Shown here piece by piece: positions 8,664 to 18,615 of a stretch of DNA of 64,000 nucleotides (positions are counted from its first letter, which is position 1; each line of letters opens with the position of its first letter). Source of the stretch: Patescibacteria group bacterium (GTDB lineage Bacteria; Patescibacteriota; Minisyncoccia; Phycocordibacterales; UBA9973); contig JBBTYN010000002.1 in the NCBI GenBank assembly GCA_038061755.1, positions 15,312 to 79,311 of the forward strand. The letters run 5' to 3'. The notes under the pieces are model-generated. The model made no database searches and was not told the origin of the DNA. It saw only the letters and a program-made list of their open reading frames with translations. Position numbers and translations under genes: made by a program.

Positions 8664-9941
8664 TCAGAATTTCAATATTTTCAAAAATTTAGCCTTTTCT
8701 GTGTGTTCCTTAAAAGGCCCAATGAGTGCTAGATTGAGCTTGTTGTTTTGAAAAATATCTTTGGCTAAGTATTGGATTTGAACTGCAGTAACTTTGCGAA
8801 TTTCTTTAGCTTTTTCTTCAGCTGAAATTATTTCACGTTTTAAAAGCTCTTGCCCGCCATGAAAATTCGCAATATCGTCGCTTGATTCTAAGGAGAGCTT
8901 CATATTTCCTATCAAACATTCTTTTACTTTATTTAATTCTTCTTCGCTCACTTTAGAATTTTTTAATTTATTACATTCTTCCAAAACGGCCTTAAGCACT
9001 TCTTCTATTCTTTTATTGTCCACCCCGGCAGAAATTTGAAAAAATCCATGGTCGGTATAAGCATCATTATAAGCCCGAACATAATAACCAACGCCCATCT
9101 CCTCGCGAAGCTTTTGAAAAAGTCTAGAGCTCATTCCCCCGCCAAGCACCCCACCAAGCACTGAAAGAACAGCACTTTTTTTATTAAACAAATTTAAACT
9201 TCGCACTCCTAAAACAAAATGCGTCTGATCTGTCTTTTTAAAAGAAACTAGTACTTCCGGTTTTGCTTGCGCCTCTTTTACTTTTGCCTTTTTTATTTTC
9301 TTGCCTCTAGACACTTTTTCAAAAATTTTATTCACTTCATTCATCACCTGTTTCTCTGTCACCGCTCCAGATACAACTAAAACTGTAGCTTCTGGCAAAT
9401 AATGTTCTTTTTTATATTTTACAAAATCATCATTCTTCATTTCTAAAATATTTTTCTTCTCACCAGCAATATTCCATCCCGCCGGCTGATCACCATAAAG
9501 CAATTTCATCATCAAATCTTGCACATGTCTTTGTGGCATATCTTCATACATATTTATTTCTTCTATAATTACACCCTTTTCTCTCTGCATTTCAATCTCT
9601 GGAAAAGTAGAATTAAGATATATATCAGACACAATATCAAAAATCTGACTGAAATGTTTAGCATCAGACTTGGCATAATATCCTGTATATTCTTGCGCCG
9701 TGAAAGCATTGTATTGACTACCAAGAGCGTCTAATTCTTTTGAAATATCAATAGCCTTCGGTCTTTTAATAGTCCCCTTGAAACACATATGCTCTAAAAA
9801 GTGCGAAATCCCATTCACTTTTTTTTCTTCATATTTTGAACCAGCTTCCACGAGCACTAACACCGTCGCCGTCGGATTGTCTTTCATTGGCACCGTAATA
9901 ACTCGCAGACCATTCTTTAAAACTTTTTTAGAGAATTTCAT
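8664..9941 (-). CDS. M16-family zinc peptidase (insulinase-like)
   Basis: Inverted zinc motif HFLEHMCFKGT (HxxEH), 425 aa two-lobed M16 architecture. Confidence 0.8.
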   Translation of the reverse strand: MKFSKKVLKNGLRVITVPMKDNPTATVLVLVEAGSKYEEKKVNGISHFLEHMCFKGTIKRPKAIDISKELDALGSQYNAFTAQEYTGYYAKSDAKHFSQIFDIVSDIYLNSTFPEIEMQREKGVIIEEINMYEDMPQRHVQDLMMKLLYGDQPAGWNIAGEKKNILEMKNDDFVKYKKEHYLPEATVLVVSGAVTEKQVMNEVNKIFEKVSRGKKIKKAKVKEAQAKPEVLVSFKKTDQTHFVLGVRSLNLFNKKSAVLSVLGGVLGGGMSSRLFQKLREEMGVGYYVRAYNDAYTDHGFFQISAGVDNKRIEEVLKAVLEECNKLKNSKVSEEELNKVKECLIGNMKLSLESSDDIANFHGGQELLKREIISAEEKAKEIRKVTAVQIQYLAKDIFQNNKLNLALIGPFKEHTEKAKFLKILKF

Positions 9942-9997
9942 AAAATCTATTCTAGCATAAAAAATTATTTATAAATATCATAAAATATACGGCTATA

Positions 9998-10025
9998 TTG
10001 ACTTTTGTTTAAAATATGATAATCT
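9998..10025 (+). promoter_or_regulatory. Putative sigma70 promoter for tRNA-like gene
   Basis: TTGACT (-35), 16-nt spacer, TG-extended TAATCT (-10), about 24 nt upstream of tRNA-like 5-prime end. Confidence 0.4.
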
Positions 10026-10048
10026 ACTGTTTAGATACAAATTTTTGT

Positions 10049-10121
10049 GCCCCTATAACTCAGATGGGAGAGAACTCCCGACAAGGGAGAGACAGTGGTT
10101 CAAATCCACTTAGGGGGACCA
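10049..10121 (+). tRNA. tRNA-like gene with encoded CCA; atypical (5-nt anticodon loop, G1-G72 mismatch); isotype not assignable
   Basis: GCCCCTA acceptor; D-arm TAACTCAGATGGGAGAGA; T-arm AGTGG-TTCAAAT-CCACT; ends ACCA. Anticodon arm reads CTCCC-GACAA-GGGAG (2 nt short). Confidence 0.45.
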
Positions 10122-10152
10122 AAAACAATCGGGAGAAATCCTATTCACATAT

Positions 10153-10184
10153 AAGCCCTTCTTTACCGAAGGGCTTTTTTATTT
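10153..10184 (+). terminator. Rho-independent terminator downstream of tRNA-like gene
   Basis: AAGCCCTTC-TTTACC-GAAGGGCTT followed by TTTTTTATTT. Confidence 0.65.
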
Positions 10185-10198
10185 AGAGTGTGCTAAAT

Positions 10199-11614
10199 TT
10201 ATATCTTCTCTTTTATATAATTTTTTAAATCTGTCACTTTTACTCTCTCTTGCTTTCCTGTGTCACGGTCGCGGACAGTAACTGTGTCATCTGTCAGCGT
10301 ATCAAAATCAACTACAATACAAAATGGCGTGCCAATTTCATCCTGGCGACGATAACGCTTACCAATATTACCATTGTCATCAAATTCACAAATAATTTCT
10401 TTACGAAGCATTTCAAAAACTTCTCGGGCTTTTGACACAAGCTCTGGCTTGTTTTTTAGAAGCGGAAAAACAGCGCATTTGATTGGAGAAAGTCTTGGAT
10501 CAAGTTTTAGAAATACCCTAGTTTCACTTTCTTTTAATTCTTCTGTATAAGCGTTATCCAAAAACATTAAAAACAATCGAGCCAAGCCAACAGACGTCTC
10601 CATAATGTGTGGAATAAATCTTTCTTTACTTTCTTCATCATAATAATCTAGTGCGACGCCTGAAAATTTTGAATGTTGTGATAAATCCCAATCCCCTCGA
10701 GCATGAATGCCTTCTACTTCTTTAAAACTACCTCCAAAAAAATCAAAAGCATATTCGACATCGTAGGCCTCACTCGCATAGTGCGCTAATTTTTCATGTT
10801 TATACCATCTTATTTTTTCTTTTGGAATACCATATTTTAGATACCAATCCCATCGTGTTTTTTTCCAGTTTTCATACAATTCTTTTGTCTGTGACTTATG
10901 ATGAAAATACTGCATTTCCATTTGTTCAAATTCCCGTGTTCTAAAGATAAATTGACGAGCAGCAACTTCATTTCTAAATGCTTTACCTACTTGCGCTATA
11001 CCAAAAGGCAGCTTGGGGTGCAGAGAATCAAGAGTATTTTTATATTCTAAATAAATACCACCACAGGTTTCTGGTCTTAAATACATAACATTCTCTTCAG
11101 TTAAAACATCTACAGGTGAACCAAGGTTCGACTTAACCATGAGGGAAAAAGATCTTGCCGGGGTAAGATCTGCTGATTTACAATTTGGACAAATAAGCTT
11201 CTTCTCTGCTCTTAACTTATCAAGTTCTTTATTTAAAAAATCAAGAGGCATTTTATCAGCAACAATCCCAAAACTTTCCAAAATATGATCAGCTCGAAAT
11301 CTTGATTTACAATTTTTACAGTCTATTTGTGGATCGTTAAATCCACCGACATGACCGGAAGCCACCCATGTTTGTGAATGCATAAATATTGCGCTGTCCA
11401 AACCATAAACATCATCGCGAAGTTGAACCATCTCTTTAATCCATGCATTTTTTATATTTTCTTTTAAAAGAGTTCCATAATGACCATAGTCATACACGCC
11501 AGCAACCCCACCATATATTTCAGAAGAAGGATATACAAACCCACGCCTTTTACAAAGCGAAACTATTTTCTCCATTAAATTATCTTTATTATCTTTTTTG
11601 TTTTTTTCTTTCAT
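10199..11614 (-). CDS. glyQS: Glycyl-tRNA synthetase (alpha2 type)
   Basis: N-terminal RRGFVYPSSEIYGGVAGVYDYGHYG, class II motifs, C-terminal anticodon-binding domain. Confidence 0.9.
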   Translation of the reverse strand: MKEKNKKDNKDNLMEKIVSLCKRRGFVYPSSEIYGGVAGVYDYGHYGTLLKENIKNAWIKEMVQLRDDVYGLDSAIFMHSQTWVASGHVGGFNDPQIDCKNCKSRFRADHILESFGIVADKMPLDFLNKELDKLRAEKKLICPNCKSADLTPARSFSLMVKSNLGSPVDVLTEENVMYLRPETCGGIYLEYKNTLDSLHPKLPFGIAQVGKAFRNEVAARQFIFRTREFEQMEMQYFHHKSQTKELYENWKKTRWDWYLKYGIPKEKIRWYKHEKLAHYASEAYDVEYAFDFFGGSFKEVEGIHARGDWDLSQHSKFSGVALDYYDEESKERFIPHIMETSVGLARLFLMFLDNAYTEELKESETRVFLKLDPRLSPIKCAVFPLLKNKPELVSKAREVFEMLRKEIICEFDDNGNIGKRYRRQDEIGTPFCIVVDFDTLTDDTVTVRDRDTGKQERVKVTDLKNYIKEKI

Positions 11615-11624
11615 ATAAAATCAA

Positions 11625-13562
11625 TTATTTTACAACAACCCCTCCACCGACAGGAAACGCCACATCATCATTAAGCTTAGTATTAAGACCTATCTTGTTT
11701 ACTGCAACATCTACATTAGCAAAATCATCATGTCCAGTCAAAACTGCGTTATTTATAATTAGTGGAATCGTATCAACTTGAGAAAGTGAAGGCTTTAAAG
11801 AAATTTGAAAAGAAACGTTACGCGCTAGACTTATGATTCCAGAACCCTTTGGTATTCTGTCTACATTCCAAGTTATTTCCCTTGTAGAATCATTATATGT
11901 TAAATCCTCGCCGAGAGGAAAAATTGGCCCAACAAAAGTTGTCCATAAAGGAATGGTAGCTTTTATTTGCGCTTTCGAAATACTATTGGCAGTATTAGAA
12001 ATAGTCCACATAACAGTATAAGTGGTCGTTTGTTCGGCTTTTGGGGGTATCGGACCAGTATTAGTAAAAGATCCAGAATAATAAAGTGCCTTCCCAAAAA
12101 AACCAACATCTGAGATTATGCGAACAATTGCTCCATTTGAATTTTTAAGTTCATTTATAGCGGAACCTTCCACTGCCTGATTGCCAAAAATACTTACATC
12201 TAAGTTGGTTGTTGGGTTATTTAACATTCCACGAGATGCAGAAAATAAAGAAAGCGTGGAAACAGAAAATGAAACAGAACCAGAATCACCTGGGTTCACT
12301 TCTTTTAATTGGCTTTGAGAATTTTTATCCCAAGTAATTATATCGCTGGATGAATCATAAAAACCTTGTGAAACAAGTACGGTATCACGATTAAAAGCAT
12401 TTCCAGAAATTTTTGCACTTATCTTTAAATCACCTATCTTCGTATCTAAATTATTTAAATAACGAATTTCTGCCATTATTGGTGTCTTTGCGTCTACCGT
12501 ATATTCGTTTTGAGATATGCCATGTATAAAAATATTAGCTTCAATAAAAGGTTTTTTAATTAAAACAATATCCTTTATAGAATTAAAAATAACATCAATA
12601 GTAGACTTATCCGTATCAGACTGCGAGCCACTTGAAATATTAAATGTTTTTTCATCTCCATCAAAAACATCAATCATCTTGCCAGTTATAATAATATTAC
12701 GCTCTGCTCCAGGAGCAATATCACCCAAATCCCAAACATTGTTGCCAAAAGAAGGCGCTGGCACAGATTTTTTAAAAGTAAACCCAAATGGATAATCAAC
12801 CTTAACAAGAACTTTAGAAATTGCTTTAGTAGCGTTCAATGTAGCTTTTACGTTTAAGGTAATTTCTTGATTTGGACTTATTGAAATAGGAGCATCTACT
12901 GAAAGATTTATCGGCGTGGAAGTTATATTTACATTAAAAAGTTTTTCTTTTACGAAAATAGCATTAGACCCCGCTACTCGATATTCAAGAGTTACTTTTA
13001 TTGGACGAATACTTCCTTGTTCTCCAAAAAGTATTAATTTTACATTTTCATTACGAGTTGCTCCAGCTGGAATTTCTCCGAGTGAGGTGCGAAAATGTTC
13101 GGTGTTAGAAGACAAATCTACAGCTGAACTTTTAGGATATTCCATAACTAGATCTACTAAATCTAATGTGGAATTATTTCTATTTACAATCCCTACAACA
13201 AATGAAAGCTCTTCACCTCCGGCTGTAAAATTATTTCCAAGAATAGAAATATCAATATTGTTATTAGAAACAGCATTCCCACCAATAAAAAAAACATAAG
13301 TGGCATAACCCAAAGTTAAAACAAAAAAAATTATTGAAAAAATAAAAAATTTCTTAAATCTAGATGTTTTCATAAAAAATTTATCTTCAGCATCAGTATT
13401 AAATTCAACTTTTTCTTTTGTCTTCCAAGAATCCAAGGCTTCATTTTTATATAAATGAGAAAATACGTCTCGGTGCTCTATTTTGGTCTTATAATTCTTA
13501 CTAAAAAGCTTACTTTTTAAATCTTCAAGCCTATTCAACTTATTCATATCATCTAACGACAT
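11625..13562 (-). CDS. hypothetical N-terminally anchored extracellular protein (645 aa)
   Basis: Single TM helix (FFIFSIIFFVLTLGYATYVFF), then long beta-rich Asn/Ser/Thr-rich ectodomain. No catalytic motif recognised. Confidence 0.4.
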   Translation of the reverse strand: MSLDDMNKLNRLEDLKSKLFSKNYKTKIEHRDVFSHLYKNEALDSWKTKEKVEFNTDAEDKFFMKTSRFKKFFIFSIIFFVLTLGYATYVFFIGGNAVSNNNIDISILGNNFTAGGEELSFVVGIVNRNNSTLDLVDLVMEYPKSSAVDLSSNTEHFRTSLGEIPAGATRNENVKLILFGEQGSIRPIKVTLEYRVAGSNAIFVKEKLFNVNITSTPINLSVDAPISISPNQEITLNVKATLNATKAISKVLVKVDYPFGFTFKKSVPAPSFGNNVWDLGDIAPGAERNIIITGKMIDVFDGDEKTFNISSGSQSDTDKSTIDVIFNSIKDIVLIKKPFIEANIFIHGISQNEYTVDAKTPIMAEIRYLNNLDTKIGDLKISAKISGNAFNRDTVLVSQGFYDSSSDIITWDKNSQSQLKEVNPGDSGSVSFSVSTLSLFSASRGMLNNPTTNLDVSIFGNQAVEGSAINELKNSNGAIVRIISDVGFFGKALYYSGSFTNTGPIPPKAEQTTTYTVMWTISNTANSISKAQIKATIPLWTTFVGPIFPLGEDLTYNDSTREITWNVDRIPKGSGIISLARNVSFQISLKPSLSQVDTIPLIINNAVLTGHDDFANVDVAVNKIGLNTKLNDDVAFPVGGGVVVK

Positions 13563-13608
13563 ATACGCAATTGTAGCATCTAAAAGAAAAAATTAGAAGA
13601 AGTGATTT

Positions 13609-14187
13609 CTATAAATGCGTCTCCTTGAGAGCTTTGTTTATTTGATGCAATACTTCAGGTCTTGATTTAGAAATTTCAAACACCAAATTTTCTTCAAATG
13701 GAGATTTGATAAGATTTTGCAATATCTGATTTTCTCCAATGTATCCTAGGTTGTTAAGGATGCGCAAAACAATAATGGCCTCGATATTTCGCAATTCTTT
13801 TGTATTTGCTTTTTCTAAAACAGATAGACCATTTATTAAATCAACAAACAAAGCCTCATTGGGCTCAATGCCGGCAAGCAATCTTTTTAATAAATTAGCA
13901 ATATTGGAAAAAACTTCAAAAGTTCCAGAATTTTTAGAAAGATTTTCCAACATATTTGTTTTTGAGGCGCTAGTCACTCGCCAGAAATTCGCCCCTTGCA
14001 CAAGATCTATTTTTACATAAGCAAAATCCTGTAAAACAAAACGCAACTTGGAAGACATCTTGCGCACGCCTTGTGCTGTGGCATAAATCATTCCTAAGTC
14101 GCGAGTAAAAATAAAATAATATTTCCCGCATTCGCCAGAATTCTTACTTCCTAATATTATTCCCTCTGTGTGATAAATGTGATGCAT
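13609..14187 (-). CDS. recO: DNA repair protein RecO (short form)
   Basis: EGIILGSKNSGECGKYYFIFTRDLGMIYATAQGVRK matches RecO N-terminal OB-fold signature. Confidence 0.6.
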   Translation of the reverse strand: MHHIYHTEGIILGSKNSGECGKYYFIFTRDLGMIYATAQGVRKMSSKLRFVLQDFAYVKIDLVQGANFWRVTSASKTNMLENLSKNSGTFEVFSNIANLLKRLLAGIEPNEALFVDLINGLSVLEKANTKELRNIEAIIVLRILNNLGYIGENQILQNLIKSPFEENLVFEISKSRPEVLHQINKALKETHL

Positions 14188-14190
14188 TAT

Positions 14191-17100
14191 TTATCTTTTC
14201 TCAATTTTTACCTTAAAAACTAACTCATCTATTTTTATCTCTTGCCATGAGTTTATCGAAGGGTCTTGTCCATCATTTTCTTTAAATTCTATTTTGGAAA
14301 CTAGCACTGTCTTTTTCATGTCATTTTCAAATTTTTGAATTAATTTTTTACCTGCATCATTGGTTTCGAAAACAATTGAGATAACATGACTTGGAGTAAG
14401 ACCAATCTTTTTTCTCATATCCTGCAAAGCACGCACAAGCTCGCGATAATCTCCTTCTTGTTTTAAATCTTTTGTAATATCTGTATCGAGACTTACTTTA
14501 TTAATGCCCATTTTTATTTTTAAAATATAAACAATATTTTTGATATTTAATTCATTTTTTATTATCTCAATATATTGGTCAGACAATTTTTCAGCAATAA
14601 TTTCTAGCTTATTTAATGGTTGACGAACTTTAATACCAGCTTTCTGTCGAGCTTCCAAACCAAGGGTTACAACACTTCTAACTGTTTCCATCTTCTCTAA
14701 AACTTTCGGTTCAAAAAACGAAAAAATTTTAAATTTTTTCGTTGGCCAACTCGCCAAATGCACACTCTCTCTGTCATCTTCATTCTTTAATCGTAGCCAA
14801 ATATTTTCTGAAGTAAATGGTGCAAAAGGGGCTAAAAGTTTTGTAAGAGTTTTTAGCACAAAATATAAAGTTTCTTTTGCTTCTTTTTCTCCATTCTTAA
14901 TTCTGTCGCGAGAACGACGCAAATACCACGTAGAAAGATCTCCAATAAAATCTTTTATTGCTCTGACTGGCTCAAGCAACTTATAATCATCCATTTTTTT
15001 TGTGGATTCACTAATTAATTCGTCTAGTCGCGCCAAAATCCATTTATCTAAAATATTTTTAGAATTTGGCTGATTATTTGTCTCTAAATTTTTATCTCTG
15101 TAAAGCTCGTAAAAAATAAGTACATTATAAAGCAAACCAAAAACTTGTTGATGAAGTAAGGCAACAGTTTTTTCATCAAAATTTTTAGATTCTCCTGGCT
15201 GATTGACCGAATACATCCAAAGACGAAGAGTATCAACACCATATTTATCCATTGCTTCCCATGGATCAACAATATTGCCGAGAGATTTAGACATTTTCTT
15301 GCCTACAGCATCCATCAAGTGCCCGAGACAAATTACATTTTTGTATGCCTTATTTCTCCCCATAAGTATTCCAACGGCATGCAAGGTATAAAACCACCCG
15401 CGAGTCTGATCTATCGCTTCTGAAATAAAATCTGCAGGATAATTAATTTTTTTAACTGAAAATGGATAATGATCTTGCGCAAATGGCATACACCCAGAAT
15501 CAAACCAAACGTCCATCACCTCTTTGGTGCGTGTTAATTTTCCGTCGCAACTACAAACAAGATTAATTTCATCAATATAAGGTTTATGTAGATCCATCTG
15601 ACCACCACTATTTCTAGGCAACTGTAAAAAACCACATTGAAAAACTTCTGCATTCTGAATAACTGGATATTTAGTATTTAAATTATTTAATTCTTGCTTT
15701 ATACTTAAAGCTTCATAAGAAGACAACAAAAGACGAATTGGATATTCATGAGATATAATCAAAATATTTTTTCCAGAATATTTTTGCTCTAAATCTTGTA
15801 GAACATAAATCATCCTTTTTCGAACATCTTCATCTGTTTCTTTAGATATTACTACTTCAGACTCTCGTAATCCCTTGTTTATAATAACTTGATCTTTAGT
15901 AAATCCAAAAGTATTAGCTATAATTTCTGCTGTTTGTTTTGTTCTGGTAAAATTTGAAGATATAATAACATCTGGCTTGAATTTTAAGCTTTTTGACATT
16001 AACCTGACTTGTTCTCTACCTTCTTCTGTTAAAGCATCATTATCCTCACCAGGATTAAAACTCTCCACATTTTTTATATTAGCAAGAGAACCTCCATGTC
16101 GCATCACAAAATATTTATTTCCTGACTTTTTTGTTTTATTTTTTAGGTCTTCAATACTTCCAATAACATCAATTTTTTTACAAGACTCACAGATCCAAAC
16201 TGGAAGCGGGGTACCCCAATATCGCTCACGAGAAATTGCCCAATCTTTTATCTCCCTTAACCATTCACCAAAACGTCCGTCACGAATATGCGCCGGTTCC
16301 CATTTTATTCCTTTATTCTCTTCTATCATCTTCGCTTTTATTTTTGAATCGGAAACTTTTATATACCAAGAATCTCGAGCATAATAGATAAGCGCCGTAT
16401 GGCAACGCCAACAATGAGGATATGAGTGTTCATATTTTTCTTTTTTAAATAAAAGTCCCCTATGCGCTAAATCTTTTATCACGTCTACAGCCACATCTTC
16501 ATCTCGTACAAATCTGCCTTCAAACATCCCTGTACCTAATAAAAATTTTCCATCAAGCCCGACAATGTGATGCTTTGGCAAACCAATCTTTGTCCCAAGT
16601 TCAAAATCATCCTGTCCATACATTACTGCTGTATGCACAACTCCCGTGCCGTCTTCAGTCGTCACAAAATCCGCTCCGTAAACCTTAAAAGCTTTTTTTA
16701 ATTTATATTTCTCGCTTTCAGAAATTGTATTTTGAAGATAAGGATAAAGTGGTTCGTATTCTAAACCGATTAAATCTTTACCTTTAATTTCTTTAACTAT
16801 TTTATATTCTCCGTCTATTGCAGAAAGTCTTTCTTTAGCTAAAATTAAAAATTCTTTTTCTATTTTTATTTTTATATAAATAATATCTTTTCCTACAGCC
16901 AAAGCAACATTTCCAGGCAAAGTCCACGGAGTTGTCGTCCAAGCAAGAATATAAGTACTGGTGGAAATGTTACTTTTGCAGGGTGTCTCGCAGGCTGACG
17001 AGCCGAGAGGCAGCGCTGTGTCAGCAGACACAGACAGCGACCCTGCAGAAGTAACATTTCCGCCAGTTACTCGAAACTTCACATACACTGACAAATCTTT

Positions 17101-17718
17101 CACATCTTCATATCCTTGCGCAAGTTCGTGCGAAGATAAAACCGTGCCACAGCGTGGACACCAAGGCACTACTTTATAATCTTTATAAAGTAAATTTTGT
17201 TCATTTATTTTTTTTACAACATTCCAAACAGATTCAATGTAATCATTATGATAAGTGACATATGCATTTTCTTGATCCACCCAATATCCAATCCGATGGG
17301 TAAACTTATTCCAAATATCTAAATATTCCCAGACACTTTCTTTACATTCTTGATTAAATTTCGCTACACCATATTCTTCAATCGCTTTTTTAGAATTAAG
17401 CCCAAGCTTTTTTTCTACCTGCAATTCTACCGGTAATCCATGCGTATCCCATCCACCTTTTCGGCGAACATGAAAACCCTGCATAGTTTTATATCGAGGA
17501 ATTGCATCTTTAAATGCTCGAGCTTCCAAATGATGAATTCCCGGCTTGCCGTTCGCTGTCGGTGGACCTTCATAAAAAACAAACTCCCCTTTAGGTGAAT
17601 CTTTTTCTAGAGATTTTAAAAAAGTTTTATTTTCTTTCCAAAATTCTAAAATCCGCTCTTCGCGAAGAGCTGCATCACTTTTTTTGTTAGAATTTTCTTT
17701 CTGAACTTCCTTGGCCAT
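14191..17718 (-). CDS. ileS: Isoleucyl-tRNA synthetase carrying an inserted histidine-phosphatase-like domain
   Basis: HHLEAR (HIGH), WTTTPWTLPGN, KMSKSLGN. About 165-aa insert with RHG...SHE motifs between the zinc-knuckle region and DLHKPYID. Confidence 0.9.
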   Translation of the reverse strand: MAKEVQKENSNKKSDAALREERILEFWKENKTFLKSLEKDSPKGEFVFYEGPPTANGKPGIHHLEARAFKDAIPRYKTMQGFHVRRKGGWDTHGLPVELQVEKKLGLNSKKAIEEYGVAKFNQECKESVWEYLDIWNKFTHRIGYWVDQENAYVTYHNDYIESVWNVVKKINEQNLLYKDYKVVPWCPRCGTVLSSHELAQGYEDVKDLSVYVKFRVTGGNVTSAGSLSVSADTALPLGSSACETPCKSNISTSTYILAWTTTPWTLPGNVALAVGKDIIYIKIKIEKEFLILAKERLSAIDGEYKIVKEIKGKDLIGLEYEPLYPYLQNTISESEKYKLKKAFKVYGADFVTTEDGTGVVHTAVMYGQDDFELGTKIGLPKHHIVGLDGKFLLGTGMFEGRFVRDEDVAVDVIKDLAHRGLLFKKEKYEHSYPHCWRCHTALIYYARDSWYIKVSDSKIKAKMIEENKGIKWEPAHIRDGRFGEWLREIKDWAISRERYWGTPLPVWICESCKKIDVIGSIEDLKNKTKKSGNKYFVMRHGGSLANIKNVESFNPGEDNDALTEEGREQVRLMSKSLKFKPDVIISSNFTRTKQTAEIIANTFGFTKDQVIINKGLRESEVVISKETDEDVRKRMIYVLQDLEQKYSGKNILIISHEYPIRLLLSSYEALSIKQELNNLNTKYPVIQNAEVFQCGFLQLPRNSGGQMDLHKPYIDEINLVCSCDGKLTRTKEVMDVWFDSGCMPFAQDHYPFSVKKINYPADFISEAIDQTRGWFYTLHAVGILMGRNKAYKNVICLGHLMDAVGKKMSKSLGNIVDPWEAMDKYGVDTLRLWMYSVNQPGESKNFDEKTVALLHQQVFGLLYNVLIFYELYRDKNLETNNQPNSKNILDKWILARLDELISESTKKMDDYKLLEPVRAIKDFIGDLSTWYLRRSRDRIKNGEKEAKETLYFVLKTLTKLLAPFAPFTSENIWLRLKNEDDRESVHLASWPTKKFKIFSFFEPKVLEKMETVRSVVTLGLEARQKAGIKVRQPLNKLEIIAEKLSDQYIEIIKNELNIKNIVYILKIKMGINKVSLDTDITKDLKQEGDYRELVRALQDMRKKIGLTPSHVISIVFETNDAGKKLIQKFENDMKKTVLVSKIEFKENDGQDPSINSWQEIKIDELVFKVKIEKR

Positions 17719-17732
17719 TATTGAATAACTTT

Positions 17733-17777
17733 AACACAAAAACCTAATCGGCTCAATTAGTGGGAATTGAGCCGATT
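17733..17777 (-). promoter_or_regulatory. Terminator-like hairpin in ileS leader (putative attenuator)
   Basis: Perfect 13-bp stem AATCGGCTCAATT/AATTGAGCCGATT followed on minus strand by AGGTTTTTGTGTT, 20 nt before ileS ATG. Confidence 0.5.
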
Positions 17778-17845
17778 GGAATAAATAATAAAAAGTTGAA
17801 AATTAGTATAGAATTGTTTATTATAAAAGTATGGAAGGACAACCA

Positions 17846-18121
17846 ATGAAAATAGAAGAAAAAGAGCTTATAAAAAAAGCAGCAATACAGTTTCCGGATG
17901 GAGAAATTTTAACTGGAAAAGGACACGATGAAATACTTGAACGTGACGAATGTTTAGACAAAATTTTTAGTACTCAATCTCTAGGTAAAAGAAGTGAGGG
18001 ATTCGTGACAAATAAAGGACGATTCGTATCTAGACAAGAAGCTGATGAAATTGCTTTCAAGGCTGGGCAAATTAAAAAACAAAGAGGGTGGCTCCAAAGC
18101 CAAGATTTAAATTTAGAATAA
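17846..18121 (+). CDS. hypothetical small protein
   Basis: SD GGAAGGA 6 nt upstream of ATG; charged, non-repetitive 91-aa product; no motif recognised. Confidence 0.4.
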   Translation: MKIEEKELIKKAAIQFPDGEILTGKGHDEILERDECLDKIFSTQSLGKRSEGFVTNKGRFVSRQEADEIAFKAGQIKKQRGWLQSQDLNLE

Positions 18122-18182
18122 AATTTAGATATAGTTACTCAGAATTATTGTATTATAAGTTGTGGCTGACCCTAATTATTAA

Positions 18183-18587
<405 letters not shown>

Positions 18588-18615
18588 AATTTATTTAAAA
18601 AACATGTTAAAAACC

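Noticed and set aside
17780-18180. T-box riboswitch upstream of ileS
   Set aside because: I searched the minus strand for the conserved T-box sequence (AGGGTGGNACCGCG) and found none. The region also encodes a plausible small protein on the plus strand with a good SD. Only the terminator-like hairpin is reported.
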